From an uncultured Gemmatimonadales bacterium (GTDB taxonomy: Bacteria > Gemmatimonadota > Gemmatimonadetes > Gemmatimonadales > GWC2-71-9): a stretch of 64,000 nt of DNA. This document shows positions 28,600 through 40,708 of this stretch, one piece after another (position 1 is the stretch's first letter; every line of letters begins with the position of its first letter). The stretch lies in contig CAVSQW010000015.1 in the NCBI GenBank assembly GCA_963730185.1, positions 544,001-608,000 of the forward strand, written 5' to 3'. Under the pieces are notes generated by a model. That model saw only the letters and a program-made list of their open reading frames with translations, had not been told where the DNA came from and made no database searches. The translations under genes and the position numbers were made by a program.

Positions 28600-29613
28600 A
28601 TGAGCGCACTCTCGGTCGAAGTCACCCGCGGCGATCTGGTCGAGTCCCGCCATCGTCTGGCGGTGGCCGTGGTCGATCCGGCCGGCCGCCTCGTCGCCCG
28701 GGCGGGCGATCCGGAGCTGGTTACCTACTGGCGTTCGGCCGCCAAGCCGTTTCAGACCCTGCCGCTTCTCGACGACGGCGCGGCCGAGCGCCACGGCTTG
28801 AGCGACGAAGACCTGGCGTTGGCGTGCGCGTCGCATTCGAGCGAGCCCTTTCACCTGGCGGGCGTGGACCGGTTCCTGGCCAAGACGGGGGGCTCGGAGC
28901 GCGAGCTGGCCTGCGGGCCCCATCCGCCGCTCTCGGGAGACGTCGCCCGCGAGGTGATCCGCACCGGCGTCGAGCTCACGCCGCGATGGAGCAACTGCTC
29001 CGGCAAGCACACCGGGATGGTCGCGCTGGCCCGGCATCACGGGTGGCCGGTCCAGGGCTACCACCGGGCCGAGCACCCCGTCCAGCAGCGGGTGATCGCG
29101 GAGGTCGAGCGGTGGACCGGGCTCGATCGCGGTGCGATGACGCTCGGTGTCGACGGCTGCCGGGTGGTGTCGTTCGGGCTGCCGCTCCGGGCGATGGCGC
29201 TCGCCTACGCCCGCTTCGGAGCCTCGAGCGGGCCCGGGCCGCGACGGCTCTGGGGAGCCGTCACCGGCCATCCCGAGTTGGTGGCCGGGACCGGGCGGTT
29301 CGAGACCGTGCTGATGCGACGCTGGCCCGGGGCGGTGTTCGCCAAGGTCGGCGCCGAAGGCGTATACAGCGCGGTCCTCCCGGAGCGGGGTGTGGGGATC
29401 GCGCTCAAGGTCGAGGATGGCGGCTGGCGGGCCGCGCCGCTCGCCCTGCTCGGCGTGCTGGACCAGCTCCTGGCTCGGCAGGGAGGCGCTCCGCCCGGCT
29501 TCGCGACCTGGGAGGAGCTGGCCCCCTTCCGGTCGTCTTTGGTGCTGGACACCCACGACGAGCCGGTCGGCGCGGTGCGCCTGGCCGGTGAACTGGAGTT
29601 TTTGGGTCCGTGA
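28600..29613 (+). CDS. L-asparaginase II family (Rhizobium AnsA type)
   Basis: VTRGDLVESRH, RSAAKPFQ, ACASHS, NCSGKH, DGC, AKVGAEG, ALKVEDG. Confidence 0.92.
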   Translation: MSALSVEVTRGDLVESRHRLAVAVVDPAGRLVARAGDPELVTYWRSAAKPFQTLPLLDDGAAERHGLSDEDLALACASHSSEPFHLAGVDRFLAKTGGSERELACGPHPPLSGDVAREVIRTGVELTPRWSNCSGKHTGMVALARHHGWPVQGYHRAEHPVQQRVIAEVERWTGLDRGAMTLGVDGCRVVSFGLPLRAMALAYARFGASSGPGPRRLWGAVTGHPELVAGTGRFETVLMRRWPGAVFAKVGAEGVYSAVLPERGVGIALKVEDGGWRAAPLALLGVLDQLLARQGGAPPGFATWEELAPFRSSLVLDTHDEPVGAVRLAGELEFLGP

Positions 29614-29654
29614 TGCGGCGATCGGATGCCGGGTCCGGATCGAGGAGACGATAG

Positions 29655-31282
<1,628 letters not shown>

Positions 31283-31293
<11 letters not shown>

Positions 31294-32392
31294 CGAGCGG
31301 GCGGCGTACCTGCGGCTGGCGTTGACGCCGGGGATCGGGCCAATCCGGCTGGCCCGGCTTCACGAGGCATTCGGTTCCTACGCCGCCGCGCTCGCCGCCC
31401 CGTTTGCCCTGTTGACCCAGGTGCCGGGCTTCTCGACGGCGGCCGCGACCGCGCTTGCCACGTCGGACCCGGCGGGCATGGCCCGGGCGCTCGACCGGGC
31501 GGAGGCGGTCGGCGCCACGGTGCTGACCCGCTTCGATCCCAGCTTCCCGAGCCAGCTGCTGCCGCTTCCCGATCCGCCGGCCGTGCTCTTTCTCAAGGGT
31601 CGCTTCGAGCTCCTGGACCGGCCGGCGGTGGCGGTGGTGGGGAGTCGTGAACCGACCGACTACGGCCGCCGGGCGGCCCACGCGGTGGCGAGCTCGGCCG
31701 CGGCTGCCGGCCTGGTGGTGGTGAGCGGCATGGCCCGCGGGCTCGACGGGGTCGCTCACGGCGCCGCGCTCGATGCCGGCGGCGGGTCGATCGGGGTGCT
31801 CGGCAACGGGATCGGGGTGATCTACCCGGCGGCCAATCGACGGCTCTACCAGCGGATGGCGGCCGAGGGCCTCCTCCTCACCGAGTACCCGCCCGGGGAG
31901 CGGCCCCACGCCGGCAGCTTTCCGCAGCGGAACCGCCTGATTTCGGGGCTGGCCCGAATTACCGTCGTGGTCGAGGCGGCCCACGATTCCGGCGCGATGA
32001 ACACCGTTCGCCAAGCCTTGGCGCAGGGGCGCGATGTGATGGCCGTGCCGGGGCCGATCACCAGCCCGACCAGCGCGGGCACCAACGGCCTGATCCGAGA
32101 TGGCGCGGGCCCCTGGCTCGACCCAGACGACCTGTTGGGACACTACCCCGAGGTCTCGATCGAGACCCGGGCCCGGCTCCGCGACGCGGCCGGCCGTGAC
32201 CAGCGGGCCGCCCGGCTCCGCGCCGACCTCCGGCGGGTGTACCAACTCCTCGACGAGGTCCCGCGCTCCACCGACGAAGTAGCCGAGCGGCTGGCGCTCG
32301 CGCCGGGCGAGGTGCTGAGCCTCCTCACCGAGCTCGAGATCGACGGCGCCGTGGAGCGCCGTGACCAGGGGTTCGTCCGGGGCCTGTCCTGA
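31283..32392 (+). CDS. dprA: DNA-processing protein DprA
   Basis: PDPPAVLF, VAVVGSR, VSGMARGLDG, FPQRNRLISGL, VVVEAA..SG, C-terminal winged helix. Confidence 0.95.
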
Positions 32393-32404
32393 GGCGCGGG
32401 CCCA

Positions 32405-33505
32405 ATGCACGTCTACGTCCACGTTCCCTTCTGCGCCCGCCGGTGCAGCTACTGCGACTTCGCCATCGCCGTCCGGCGCCGGGTGCCCGAGGCCGAGTTC
32501 ACCGGCCTGGTGCTCGGCGAGTGGGCCCGGCGCGAGGCCTGGGGCGGTTGGACCTACGCCGGCCCGATCGAGACCCTCTACCTGGGAGGCGGGACACCGT
32601 CCCGGCTGGGGGCCGAGGCGATCGAACGGATCGTAACCCGGATTGGCCGGGAGGGGCCGCTCGCCGCCGACGCCGAGGTGACCCTGGAGGCCAACCCCGA
32701 AGACGTGATCCCGGCCGCCGCCCGCGGGTGGCGCCGGGCCGGGGTGACCCGGGTGTCGTTAGGTGTTCAGTCGTTCCACGACCCCACCCTCCGGTGGATG
32801 CACCGGGTGCATGACGCCGACCGGCCGGCCGACGCGGTCAAGGCCCTGCGGGCGGCCGGGATCGGGAACGTGTCGGTCGACCTGATTTACGCCGTTCCGG
32901 CCGCGCTGGAGCGGTCCTGGGGCGCCGATCTCGACCGGGCCCTGGCGCTCGAGCCCGATCACCTCTCGCTCTACGGGCTCACGGTCGAGGAGCACACCCC
33001 GCTGGGGAAGTGGGTCGCCCGGGGCCAGGCGGCACCTCCCGCCGACGACCGTGCCGCCGACGAGTACCTCACCGCTCACGCCCGGCTGACCGGGGCCGGG
33101 TTTCTGCACTACGAAGTCTCGAACGCGGCCCGGCCCGGTCGGCTGTCGCGCCACAATCTCGGCTACTGGCGGCGGGAGCCCTATCTCGGTCTCGGCCCTT
33201 CGGCCCACTCCGCGACCGGCCTCCGGCGCTGGTGGAACGTCCGCGAATGGGAAGCCTACCGGGCCCGAGCAGGGGCCGGAGCGTCACCGGTGGCGGAGGA
33301 AGAGAGCCTCTCGCCTGAATCGGCCCGGCTGGAGACCCTCTATCTCGGTCTCCGCACCCGGGAAGGAGTGCCCCAGGGGCTGGTCCCCGGCCCGATGGCG
33401 GCTGCTTGGGAGCGGGAGGGATGGGCGGCGCGTGACGCGGGGCGCCTGGTGCTCCGCCCGGAGGGATGGCTCCGGCTCGACGCGCTGGTGGCGGCGGTGG
33501 GGTAG
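32405..33505 (+). CDS. hemW: Radical SAM heme chaperone HemW
   Basis: YVHVPFCARRCSYCDF, YLGGGTPS, EANP, YEVSN, HNLGYW. Confidence 0.92.
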   Translation: MHVYVHVPFCARRCSYCDFAIAVRRRVPEAEFTGLVLGEWARREAWGGWTYAGPIETLYLGGGTPSRLGAEAIERIVTRIGREGPLAADAEVTLEANPEDVIPAAARGWRRAGVTRVSLGVQSFHDPTLRWMHRVHDADRPADAVKALRAAGIGNVSVDLIYAVPAALERSWGADLDRALALEPDHLSLYGLTVEEHTPLGKWVARGQAAPPADDRAADEYLTAHARLTGAGFLHYEVSNAARPGRLSRHNLGYWRREPYLGLGPSAHSATGLRRWWNVREWEAYRARAGAGASPVAEEESLSPESARLETLYLGLRTREGVPQGLVPGPMAAAWEREGWAARDAGRLVLRPEGWLRLDALVAAVG

Positions 33506-33626
33506 TGGCCCCAACCCTGCTCCGTACGCTACCATCAGCCGTTCGATCTGCCTGAATGGCGGACCGAGGTGGCAGGGTGGCACGTTGGCATGGATTTCAC
33601 CGGGGTCGTAGGCCTAAATTGCGGCG

Positions 33627-34661
33627 ATGCAGCGAGTTGACCAACTGACCGATCGCGAGGTCCAGGTTCTGGACGCGATCATCCAGCTCTATATCGAGAC
33701 CGCCGAGCCGGCCGGGAGTCAGGCCGTGGCCCGGCGGTCGAACTTGGGCATCTCGCCGGCGTCGATCCGGGCCACGATGGCCGAGCTGGAGAGTCGGGGG
33801 TATCTGTTTCACCCCCATACCTCGAGTGGTCGGGTGCCGACCGACCTGGCGTACCGGCTGTATGTGAACCGGCTGATCCGTCGGGCGCCGCCGAGCGAGC
33901 GGGAGCGGGAGCGGCTGGAGTCGGAGGTGGCCAGCGGTGGGCCGATCGAGGAGATCCTCCGTCGGGCGGCCGAGGTGTTGGGGGTGCTGGCCCAGGAGCT
34001 GGGCGTGGCGGTGGCGCCGGCGTTCGACGGCGCCATCCTGGAGCGGCTGGATCTGGCTCATCTCTCGACCGACCGCCTTCTGGTGGTCCTGACGCTCCAG
34101 AGCGGGCTGGTGCGAACCATCTTCGTCGAGATGCCGAGCGCGGTGGCCCCTGAGGTGGTGGAGCACGTGGCCCGGATCCTCAACGAGCGGCTGGCCGGGT
34201 TGAGTCTGGCGGAGATCAAGTCGTCGGTGGGCGAGCGGCTCCGCGACGCCGACGGCACCGGGAAAGCGACCGCCCTCCTCAACGTGTTCGTGGCGGAGAG
34301 CGAGGAGGTCTTCGACCTTCGGGTGGAGGGTGGCGAGGTGCTCCTGGGCAGCGCCCAGCCGCTGGCGGAGCAGCCCGAGTTCGCGAGCAAGGACCGGATC
34401 CGGGGGCTGATCGCGCTGACCGAACGGCGCGATCTCCTCAAGCGGGCGTTCGACGCCCACCGGAAGCGGGGTCTGACGATCACGATCGGGACCGAGAACG
34501 AGGACCCGCGGTTGGCGAACTTCACCTTGGTGACGGCGTCGTACCGGCGGGGCGGGCTCACCGGGGTGCTGGGCGTCCTCGGCCCCACCCGGATGCCCTA
34601 CGACAAGATCGTCGGCCTGGTCGATCACACGAGTCGGTTGGTGGAAGGATTACTCCAGTGA
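33627..34661 (+). CDS. hrcA: Heat-inducible transcription repressor HrcA
   Basis: [50 protein letters not shown]. Confidence 0.96.
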   Translation: MQRVDQLTDREVQVLDAIIQLYIETAEPAGSQAVARRSNLGISPASIRATMAELESRGYLFHPHTSSGRVPTDLAYRLYVNRLIRRAPPSERERERLESEVASGGPIEEILRRAAEVLGVLAQELGVAVAPAFDGAILERLDLAHLSTDRLLVVLTLQSGLVRTIFVEMPSAVAPEVVEHVARILNERLAGLSLAEIKSSVGERLRDADGTGKATALLNVFVAESEEVFDLRVEGGEVLLGSAQPLAEQPEFASKDRIRGLIALTERRDLLKRAFDAHRKRGLTITIGTENEDPRLANFTLVTASYRRGGLTGVLGVLGPTRMPYDKIVGLVDHTSRLVEGLLQ

Positions 34662-35791
34662 GCGAGTTCTACGATCTCCTGGGCGTGGCGCGCGACGCCT
34701 CGTCCGACGACGTCAAGAAGGCCTACCGGAAGCTCGCGATGCAGTACCATCCGGATCGGAACCGCGAGCCCGATGCCGAGGCCCGGTTCAAGGAGATCTG
34801 TGAGGCGTACGAGGTGCTCCGCGATCCGGACAAGCGGGCCGCGTACGACCGGTACGGTAAAGCGGGTCTGGGGAACGGGCCGGGCGCCGGCGGGTTCCAT
34901 CACGTGGATCTGGCCGAAGCGCTCAACATCTTCATGCGCGACTTCGGCGGGATGGGCGGGTTCGAGAGCATCTTCGGCGGCGGGCGGGCCTCGCCGACCG
35001 AGGCGCGACGGGGCCAGGATCTCCGGGTTACGGTCCGCCTCTCGGTCGAGGAGGTGGCCACCGGGGCCAAGCGGACCGTCAAGCTCAAGACCTACCTCGG
35101 GTGCGGCACCTGCAGCAGCTCCGGGGGTGCCAAAGGCTCCCGTCCGGCCAGTTGCAGCACCTGCGGCGGCGCCGGTGAGGTCCGGCGGGCCACCCGGAGC
35201 ATGTTCGGCCAGTTCGTGTCGGTCGGGCCGTGCCCCACCTGCGGCGGTGAGGGCGCGGTGATCACCGACCCCTGCGAGGTGTGCCGGGGCGAGGGCCGGG
35301 TCCGCGGTGAGCGGACGGTCCAGGTGGAGATCCCGGCCGGCGTCTCGAGCAACAACTACATCACCCTCCGCGGCCAGGGCAGCGCCGGCCGGCGAGGCGG
35401 CCCGAACGGCGACCTGGTGGTGCTGATCGAGGTCAAGGAGGACGAGCGCTGGGAGCGTCAGGGTGACGACCTGGTCGTCGACCTGCCCCTGTCGTTCACC
35501 CAGGCGGCCCTGGGCACGACCGCCAAGGTTCCGATCCCCGGCAGCGAGGAGCAAATCACGGTGCCGGCCGGGATCCAGGCGGGAACGGTGCTCCGGCTCA
35601 AGGGGAAGGGCCTCCCCCGGCTGGGCCGCTCGGGCCACGGCGACCTCAACGTGCGGGTGTCGATCTGGACGCCGCAGAACCTGACCGACGAGCAGCGCCG
35701 GCTGCTGGAGGAGCTGGCCAAGGTGGAGGGCGGCCCGCCCACGGAGAGCAGCGGGTTCTGGAGCAAGCTCAAGGAAGCCCTGGGCGCATGA
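34658..35791 (+). CDS. dnaJ: Chaperone DnaJ
   Basis: J domain with HPD, G/F region, four CxxC zinc motifs. Confidence 0.97.
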   Translation: MSEFYDLLGVARDASSDDVKKAYRKLAMQYHPDRNREPDAEARFKEICEAYEVLRDPDKRAAYDRYGKAGLGNGPGAGGFHHVDLAEALNIFMRDFGGMGGFESIFGGGRASPTEARRGQDLRVTVRLSVEEVATGAKRTVKLKTYLGCGTCSSSGGAKGSRPASCSTCGGAGEVRRATRSMFGQFVSVGPCPTCGGEGAVITDPCEVCRGEGRVRGERTVQVEIPAGVSSNNYITLRGQGSAGRRGGPNGDLVVLIEVKEDERWERQGDDLVVDLPLSFTQAALGTTAKVPIPGSEEQITVPAGIQAGTVLRLKGKGLPRLGRSGHGDLNVRVSIWTPQNLTDEQRRLLEELAKVEGGPPTESSGFWSKLKEALGA

Positions 35792-36609
35792 CCTGGTGGG
35801 CCATCGAGGTCGAGGCGGCGTCCGACCGTCGCGATCTCGTGGGCCAGCGGCTCGCCGCCCTGACCGGGCAAGCCGTGGTGGAGCGGCCGGAAGGTGTGTT
35901 GGTCGGCTATCAGGCCGACCGCGATGCCGCGGACCAGGTGGCCGCCGATCTCCAGCGGCGCTTCGAGGGGCTCACCGTGATCGTCCAATCGGTCGAGCCG
36001 GTGGACTGGACCGAGCGCTGGAAAGACGGCCTGGCGGTGCGCGAGGTGGGCCGACTCGCGATCGGACCATCATGGCTGCTCGAGCCGGGACCGGCCCGGG
36101 TGGTCGTCGATCCGGAAATGGCGTTCGGCACTGGGGAGCACGGATCCACCCGGGGTGCGCTCACCCTCCTGGCTCGCCATCTCCCGCCGGGCGCCGCCGT
36201 GCTGGACCTGGGCAGCGGGAGCGGCATCCTCACGATCGCGGCAATCAAGCTGGGCGCCCGACACGCCATCGGGATCGAGATCGATCCCGACGCCGTCCCG
36301 GTCGCGGAAGCGAACGCCGGACACAACGGCGTCGGAGCCCGGGTCCGGTTCCTATTGGGGGACGCCGGCATCCTCGCCCCGGTCGCGGGTCCGGTCGGCC
36401 TGGTGGTCTCGAACATTCTTCGGAACGCCAACTTGGCGCTGCTCGATCCGATCGCTCGGGCGCTCGCGACCGACGGGGTGGCCATTTTCGCGGGGATGGA
36501 AACCGACGAGGCACCGCTCTTCCGGCCCGGCCTCGAGGAGGCCGGCTTCGAGCCGATCGACGAGCTGGTCGACGCCGGCTGGTGGTCGGTCGCGGCCCGG
36601 GTGCGATGA
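35788..36609 (+). CDS. prmA: Ribosomal protein L11 methyltransferase
   Basis: DW...[27 protein letters not shown]. Confidence 0.92.
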   Translation: MTWWAIEVEAASDRRDLVGQRLAALTGQAVVERPEGVLVGYQADRDAADQVAADLQRRFEGLTVIVQSVEPVDWTERWKDGLAVREVGRLAIGPSWLLEPGPARVVVDPEMAFGTGEHGSTRGALTLLARHLPPGAAVLDLGSGSGILTIAAIKLGARHAIGIEIDPDAVPVAEANAGHNGVGARVRFLLGDAGILAPVAGPVGLVVSNILRNANLALLDPIARALATDGVAIFAGMETDEAPLFRPGLEEAGFEPIDELVDAGWWSVAARVR

Positions 36610-37310
36610 TCCGCCTGTTCTCGGCCGACCCCCTGGCACCGGACCAGGCCCGCTTCGATCCCGAGCCCGACGACCGCCACCACCTGGGGGTGCGCCGGGC
36701 GGCGCCGGACGATCCGGTGGAGGTGCTCGATGGGCGGGGTGGGATCGCGGCCGGCCGGCTGGTCGGCGAGCCGAAGACGGCGTGGGTCGCGATCGACGCC
36801 GTACGCCGGGTTCCCCGGCCACCCCCGCTGGCGCTCCTGGTCGGGGCCGGCGACCGCGATCGCTTCCTCTGGCTGGTGGAGAAGGCGCAGGAGCTGAGCG
36901 CGACCCGGGTGGTGCCGGTGACGACCGAACGGGTGCGCGGGGTGGCCACCCGGGTGCGGGCCGAGCAGCTGACCAAGGCCCGTCGGCGAGCGGTCGAAGC
37001 GCTCAAGCAGTCTGGTGGGGCGTGGCTGCTCGAGCTCGACCAGCCGATCGAGCTCCTCCCCGCGCTGGCGGGAGTCGACGCCCCGGTCCGATGGCTGGCC
37101 GACGGGGCGGGTCGCGCGCCGGGGCCGGTCGGCGGCGCCGCGGTGGCCGTGCTCGTAGGCCCCGAGGGCGGGCTTACCTCCACCGAGCGCGAGGCCGCCC
37201 AGGCCGCGGGCTTCGAGCCGGTCCGCCTGGCGGCCGCCACCCTTCGGTTCGAGACCGCCGCGATCGCCGCGGCGGCCGTGATCACCTCCCAGCGAGGGAG
37301 CCCATCGTGA
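36606..37310 (+). CDS. rsmE: 16S rRNA m3U1498 methyltransferase
   Basis: HHLGVRR, LVEKAQEL, EALKQSG, LVGPEGGL, LRFETAAI. ATG 36606 is coupled. Confidence 0.92.
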   Translation: MIRLFSADPLAPDQARFDPEPDDRHHLGVRRAAPDDPVEVLDGRGGIAAGRLVGEPKTAWVAIDAVRRVPRPPPLALLVGAGDRDRFLWLVEKAQELSATRVVPVTTERVRGVATRVRAEQLTKARRRAVEALKQSGGAWLLELDQPIELLPALAGVDAPVRWLADGAGRAPGPVGGAAVAVLVGPEGGLTSTEREAAQAAGFEPVRLAAATLRFETAAIAAAAVITSQRGSPS

Positions 37311-37645
37311 GCTGCATCTTCTGCCGGATCGTGGCCGGCGAGATCCCGGCCACCATCGTCGCCCGGAACGAACACGCCGTGGCCTTCCGGGACCTGAATC
37401 CTCAGGCGCCGACCCATGTGCTCGTCATCCCGACCAGCCACCTCGCCAGCCTCGCCGACACCGCCGGCCCGGAGGGCCAGACGGCCCTGGCTCACACCAT
37501 GGCGCTGGCCGTCGAGGTGGCCGGGCAGCTCGGTCTGGAGAGCTACCGGGTGGTGACCAACGTGGGGCCCGATGCCGGCCAGTCGGTGTTCCACCTGCAC
37601 GTGCATCTGTTGGGGGGCCGGAAGATGGGGTGGCCGCCGGGGTGA
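37307..37645 (+). CDS. HIT family nucleotide-binding protein (HinT-like)
   Basis: CIFCRI..GEIPA, FRDLNPQAPTH, GQSVFHLHVHLLGG, WPPG. GTG at 37307. Confidence 0.95.
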   Translation: MSCIFCRIVAGEIPATIVARNEHAVAFRDLNPQAPTHVLVIPTSHLASLADTAGPEGQTALAHTMALAVEVAGQLGLESYRVVTNVGPDAGQSVFHLHVHLLGGRKMGWPPG

Positions 37646-37881
37646 GGGACGGGGGGAGGCGGGGGAGAGAGGGGGAGAGAGAGATGGGGAGAGATAGGGG
37701 AGATGGGGAGAGATGGGGGGGGATGGGGGGGAGATGGGGGGACTGGGAGGGCCTCCGAGGATAGCGGGGTAGGGGGAGAGCGGATCGGCGCCGCGCTCCC
37801 ACCCCGTCCCACCCCATCCCACCCCATCCCTCCCCGTCCCACCCCATCCCACCCCCCCCCCATCCCTCCCCATCCCTCCCC
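37646..37881. repeat. Intergenic element: G-rich decamer array, spacer, C-rich decamer array
   Basis: 37646-37750 has GAGATGGGGA-like units. 37801-37881 has (A/T)CCCC(A/G)TCCC units, five of them in register from 37801. Confidence 0.85.
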
Positions 37882-37958
37882 TTGTTCTTCTTTTCGCGCT
37901 AACTTTCATCCCTCCAAAGTGTTCGCCCAGTCGGGCACGGAAGGGGTGAGTTCAGCGC

Positions 37959-38156
37959 ATGTCCGAAGTCATCCTTCATGATGACGAGAACTTCGAGCGC
38001 GCTCTGAAGCGCTTCAAGAAGAAGTGCGAAAAGGCTGGGATCCTGGCGGATCTCCGCAAGCATCGGCACTACGAGAAGCCGAGCGAGAAAAAGAAGCGGA
38101 AGACCAACGCGGCCGCTCGAAAGTCGCGGCGCAGCGCCCGGTTTTCCCGTGGTTGA
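37959..38156 (+). CDS. rpsU: 30S ribosomal protein bS21
   Basis: [28 protein letters not shown]. Confidence 0.97.
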   Translation: MSEVILHDDENFERALKRFKKKCEKAGILADLRKHRHYEKPSEKKKRKTNAAARKSRRSARFSRG

Positions 38157-38224
38157 ACGGCATGGCGGCGGCTTGGTGGCCCCGCGTTCGGGGACCGCCC
38201 GATGATCGGAGCACCGTGGGCAGG

Positions 38225-40708
38225 ATGAAGTCGGAGTCGGAGGAAAACGGCGAGGGGGTGCGGGTGCCCGCGGGCACCGGCACCCCTTCCCCGTTCGAGC
38301 CGTCGTTAGGCGGCCGGCGCCCGGTCCAGGAGGCTCCCGCCGCGGGCCCCGCCCTCGACGACGCGGCCGCCCTCGATTTCGACGAGGCCCTCGCCCTGGT
38401 GGCCGAGCACGCGAGCGGTCCGCTCGGGGCCGAGCGGGTTCGGGCCCGGCGCCCCCTGGCGGACCCCGCGGCGGTCGAAACCGAGCTGGCGCCGGTGGCG
38501 GAGCTGTTGGCCCTGGCCGGCCGGGGCGAGACGGTCGACGTGCCGGCGGTGCCGCCGATCGACGGGGCGCTGGGCCGCCTCCGGGTGGAGGGTAGCGTGC
38601 TGAGCGGCCCCGAGCTGGTCCGGATCCGGCAGACCGTCGCGGCCGCCCGGACGGTGCATGCCGAGCTCCGGCGGGTGGCCGCCGAGGCGCCGACCGCGGC
38701 GGGGCTGGCCGTTCCGCCTCCCGACCAGGCGCTCGAGCGCCGGCTGGCCGAGGCGGTGGACGACGAGGGCGAGCTGCTCGACACCGCGAGCCCCAGGCTC
38801 CAGAAGGCCCGGCGCGAGATCCACGCCGCGCGCGAGCGGTTGGTCAAGAAGCTGGAGTCGATCCTGGGCTCGCTCGACAGCGAGGCCCCGGCCGGCGCCC
38901 AGGTCACGATCCGGGGCGATCGCTACGTGATTCCAGTCCGCCGGGACTCGCGCTCCCGGCCCGAGGGCGTCGTCCACGACGAATCCGCGAGCCACGGCAC
39001 CCTCTTCATCGAGCCGACCGCCGCGATCGAGACCGGCAACGCGCTCCGGAGCGCGGTGCTGGCGGCCGAGCGCGAGGCGTTGGCGGTGCTCCGGGAGCTG
39101 ACCGAGCGGTGCCGGCCGGAGCGCGAAGCGCTCCGGAGCGCCCACGCGATGTGCGTCGCGGCCGACGACCTGGTGGCCCGGGTCCGGTACGCCACCGTGG
39201 TCCGGGGGGCGGTGCCCCGGGTTACGACGGGGCGACTCGACCTCCGGGGCGCCCGGCACCCGCTCCTCCTGGCCCGGGAGGTCGCGGTGGTCCCGTTCGA
39301 CCTGGCCCTCGAGCCACAGGAGCGGACCCTGCTGATCAGCGGCCCCAACGCGGGCGGGAAGACCGTGCTGCTCAAGACGGTCGGGCTGACGACCCTGCTC
39401 GTTCAGGCCGGCATCGTGCCGCCCCTCGGGGCCGGCTCGGAGGTCCCCGTCTATGCCCAGGTGTTCGCCGACATCGGCGACCACCAGTCGCTGGCCGCCG
39501 ATCTGAGTACCTTCAGCGCCCACCTGGTCACCCTCCGCAAGGTGCTGGAACGGGCCGGTCCCGGCACCCTGGTGCTGATGGACGAGGTCGGGAGCGGCAC
39601 CGACCCCGCCGAGGGCGCCGCGCTCGCCCGGGCGGCCCTCACCGTCCTGACTCGGCGCGGCGCCACCGCGATCGCCACCACCCACCTGGGCGCACTCAAG
39701 ACCCTGGCCGGTGACGTTCCCGGGGTCGTGAACGGCTCGCTCGAGTTCGATGCCGAGCGTCTGAGCCCGACCTTCCGTTTCCAGAAGGGGGTGCCGGGCC
39801 GGTCCTACGGGCTGGCGATCGCCCGCCGGCTCGGGCTCGATCCCGAGGTGCTGAACGACGCGGAGGCCCAGGTGCCGGACCGGGAACGGGCCCTGGACGA
39901 CCTGTTGAGCCAGGTCGAGACCCGAGCCCGGCGCCTGGAGGGGTGGGAGACCAGCCTCGAGGCCCGCCAGGCGTCGGTGACTCTCCGGGAGGAGTCGACC
40001 GAGGCCCGCGAGACGCTCCAGCGGGCGAGGGAAAAGGAGCTCACCCGGCGAGAGCGCGATGCCGAGAAGGCCGGACGCCGCGAGGCCCGGAAGCTCCTGC
40101 TCGACGCTCGCTCGAAGGTGGAGGACACGCTCCGCCAGGCGCAGGCCCTGACCAGCGCCGAGGAGGCCCGCCGGGTTCGTCGCGAGCTGGAGGACGCGGC
40201 CCGCGGCGAGACCGATCGGCTGGAGGCGATCGAAGCGGCCGAGGTGGCGGAGCTGGACGGCGGGCCGGTGGAGCCCGGGCAGCGGGTCCGGCTCTCGGCG
40301 GGTGGCGTGGGCTCGGTCCTCGAGATCCGCGGCGACGGTAAGGCGCTGGTGGCGCTCGGCGCCGTCAAGGTCATCGTGCCCGTCAGCGAGCTGATCCCGG
40401 TGGCCGGCGAAGCGCCCAAGGCCCCCGCGCCCCGGCCCACGATGCCCGATCCGACGCCGTCGGCCGGCGAGATCGACCTCCGTGGCTTTCGGGGCGACGA
40501 GGCCGAGGCCGCGACGCTCGCGGCGGTCGACGCGGCGGTTCTGGGCGACCAGCCGATCCTTCGCATCATCCACGGCATGGGGACTGGGGTGGTGCGCGAC
40601 CGGGTGCGGCGGGTGCTCCAGCACGACCGCCGGGTGGCCCGGTTCGACTTCGCGCCCCGGCAGCAGGGCGGCACCGGCGTGACCATCGTGGAGTTTTCGG
40701 GCGGATGA
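38225..40708 (+). CDS. mutS2: Endonuclease MutS2
   Basis: VHDESASHGTLFIEP, ISGPNAGGKT, DIGDHQS, LSTFSAH, DEVGSGTDP, C-terminal Smr (IDLRG, IIHGMGTG). The start is approximate. Confidence 0.93.
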   Translation: MKSESEENGEGVRVPAGTGTPSPFEPSLGGRRPVQEAPAAGPALDDAAALDFDEALALVAEHASGPLGAERVRARRPLADPAAVETELAPVAELLALAGRGETVDVPAVPPIDGALGRLRVEGSVLSGPELVRIRQTVAAARTVHAELRRVAAEAPTAAGLAVPPPDQALERRLAEAVDDEGELLDTASPRLQKARREIHAARERLVKKLESILGSLDSEAPAGAQVTIRGDRYVIPVRRDSRSRPEGVVHDESASHGTLFIEPTAAIETGNALRSAVLAAEREALAVLRELTERCRPEREALRSAHAMCVAADDLVARVRYATVVRGAVPRVTTGRLDLRGARHPLLLAREVAVVPFDLALEPQERTLLISGPNAGGKTVLLKTVGLTTLLVQAGIVPPLGAGSEVPVYAQVFADIGDHQSLAADLSTFSAHLVTLRKVLERAGPGTLVLMDEVGSGTDPAEGAALARAALTVLTRRGATAIATTHLGALKTLAGDVPGVVNGSLEFDAERLSPTFRFQKGVPGRSYGLAIARRLGLDPEVLNDAEAQVPDRERALDDLLSQVETRARRLEGWETSLEARQASVTLREESTEARETLQRAREKELTRRERDAEKAGRREARKLLLDARSKVEDTLRQAQALTSAEEARRVRRELEDAARGETDRLEAIEAAEVAELDGGPVEPGQRVRLSAGGVGSVLEIRGDGKALVALGAVKVIVPVSELIPVAGEAPKAPAPRPTMPDPTPSAGEIDLRGFRGDEAEAATLAAVDAAVLGDQPILRIIHGMGTGVVRDRVRRVLQHDRRVARFDFAPRQQGGTGVTIVEFSGG

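Noticed and set aside
33570..33595. TGGCAC upstream of hrcA as a sigma54 promoter
   Set aside because: No GC lies exactly 10 nt after any of the GG dinucleotides.
33637..33650. TTGACCAACTGACC as a CtsR-like direct repeat
   Set aside because: The spacing differs from the CtsR consensus and the sequence is explained by hrcA codons (V-D-Q-L-T).
37425..37981. ORFs with GWDG, PPSP or PSHP repeats
   Set aside because: These are translations of the non-coding decamer repeat element, with no RBS or other sign of coding.
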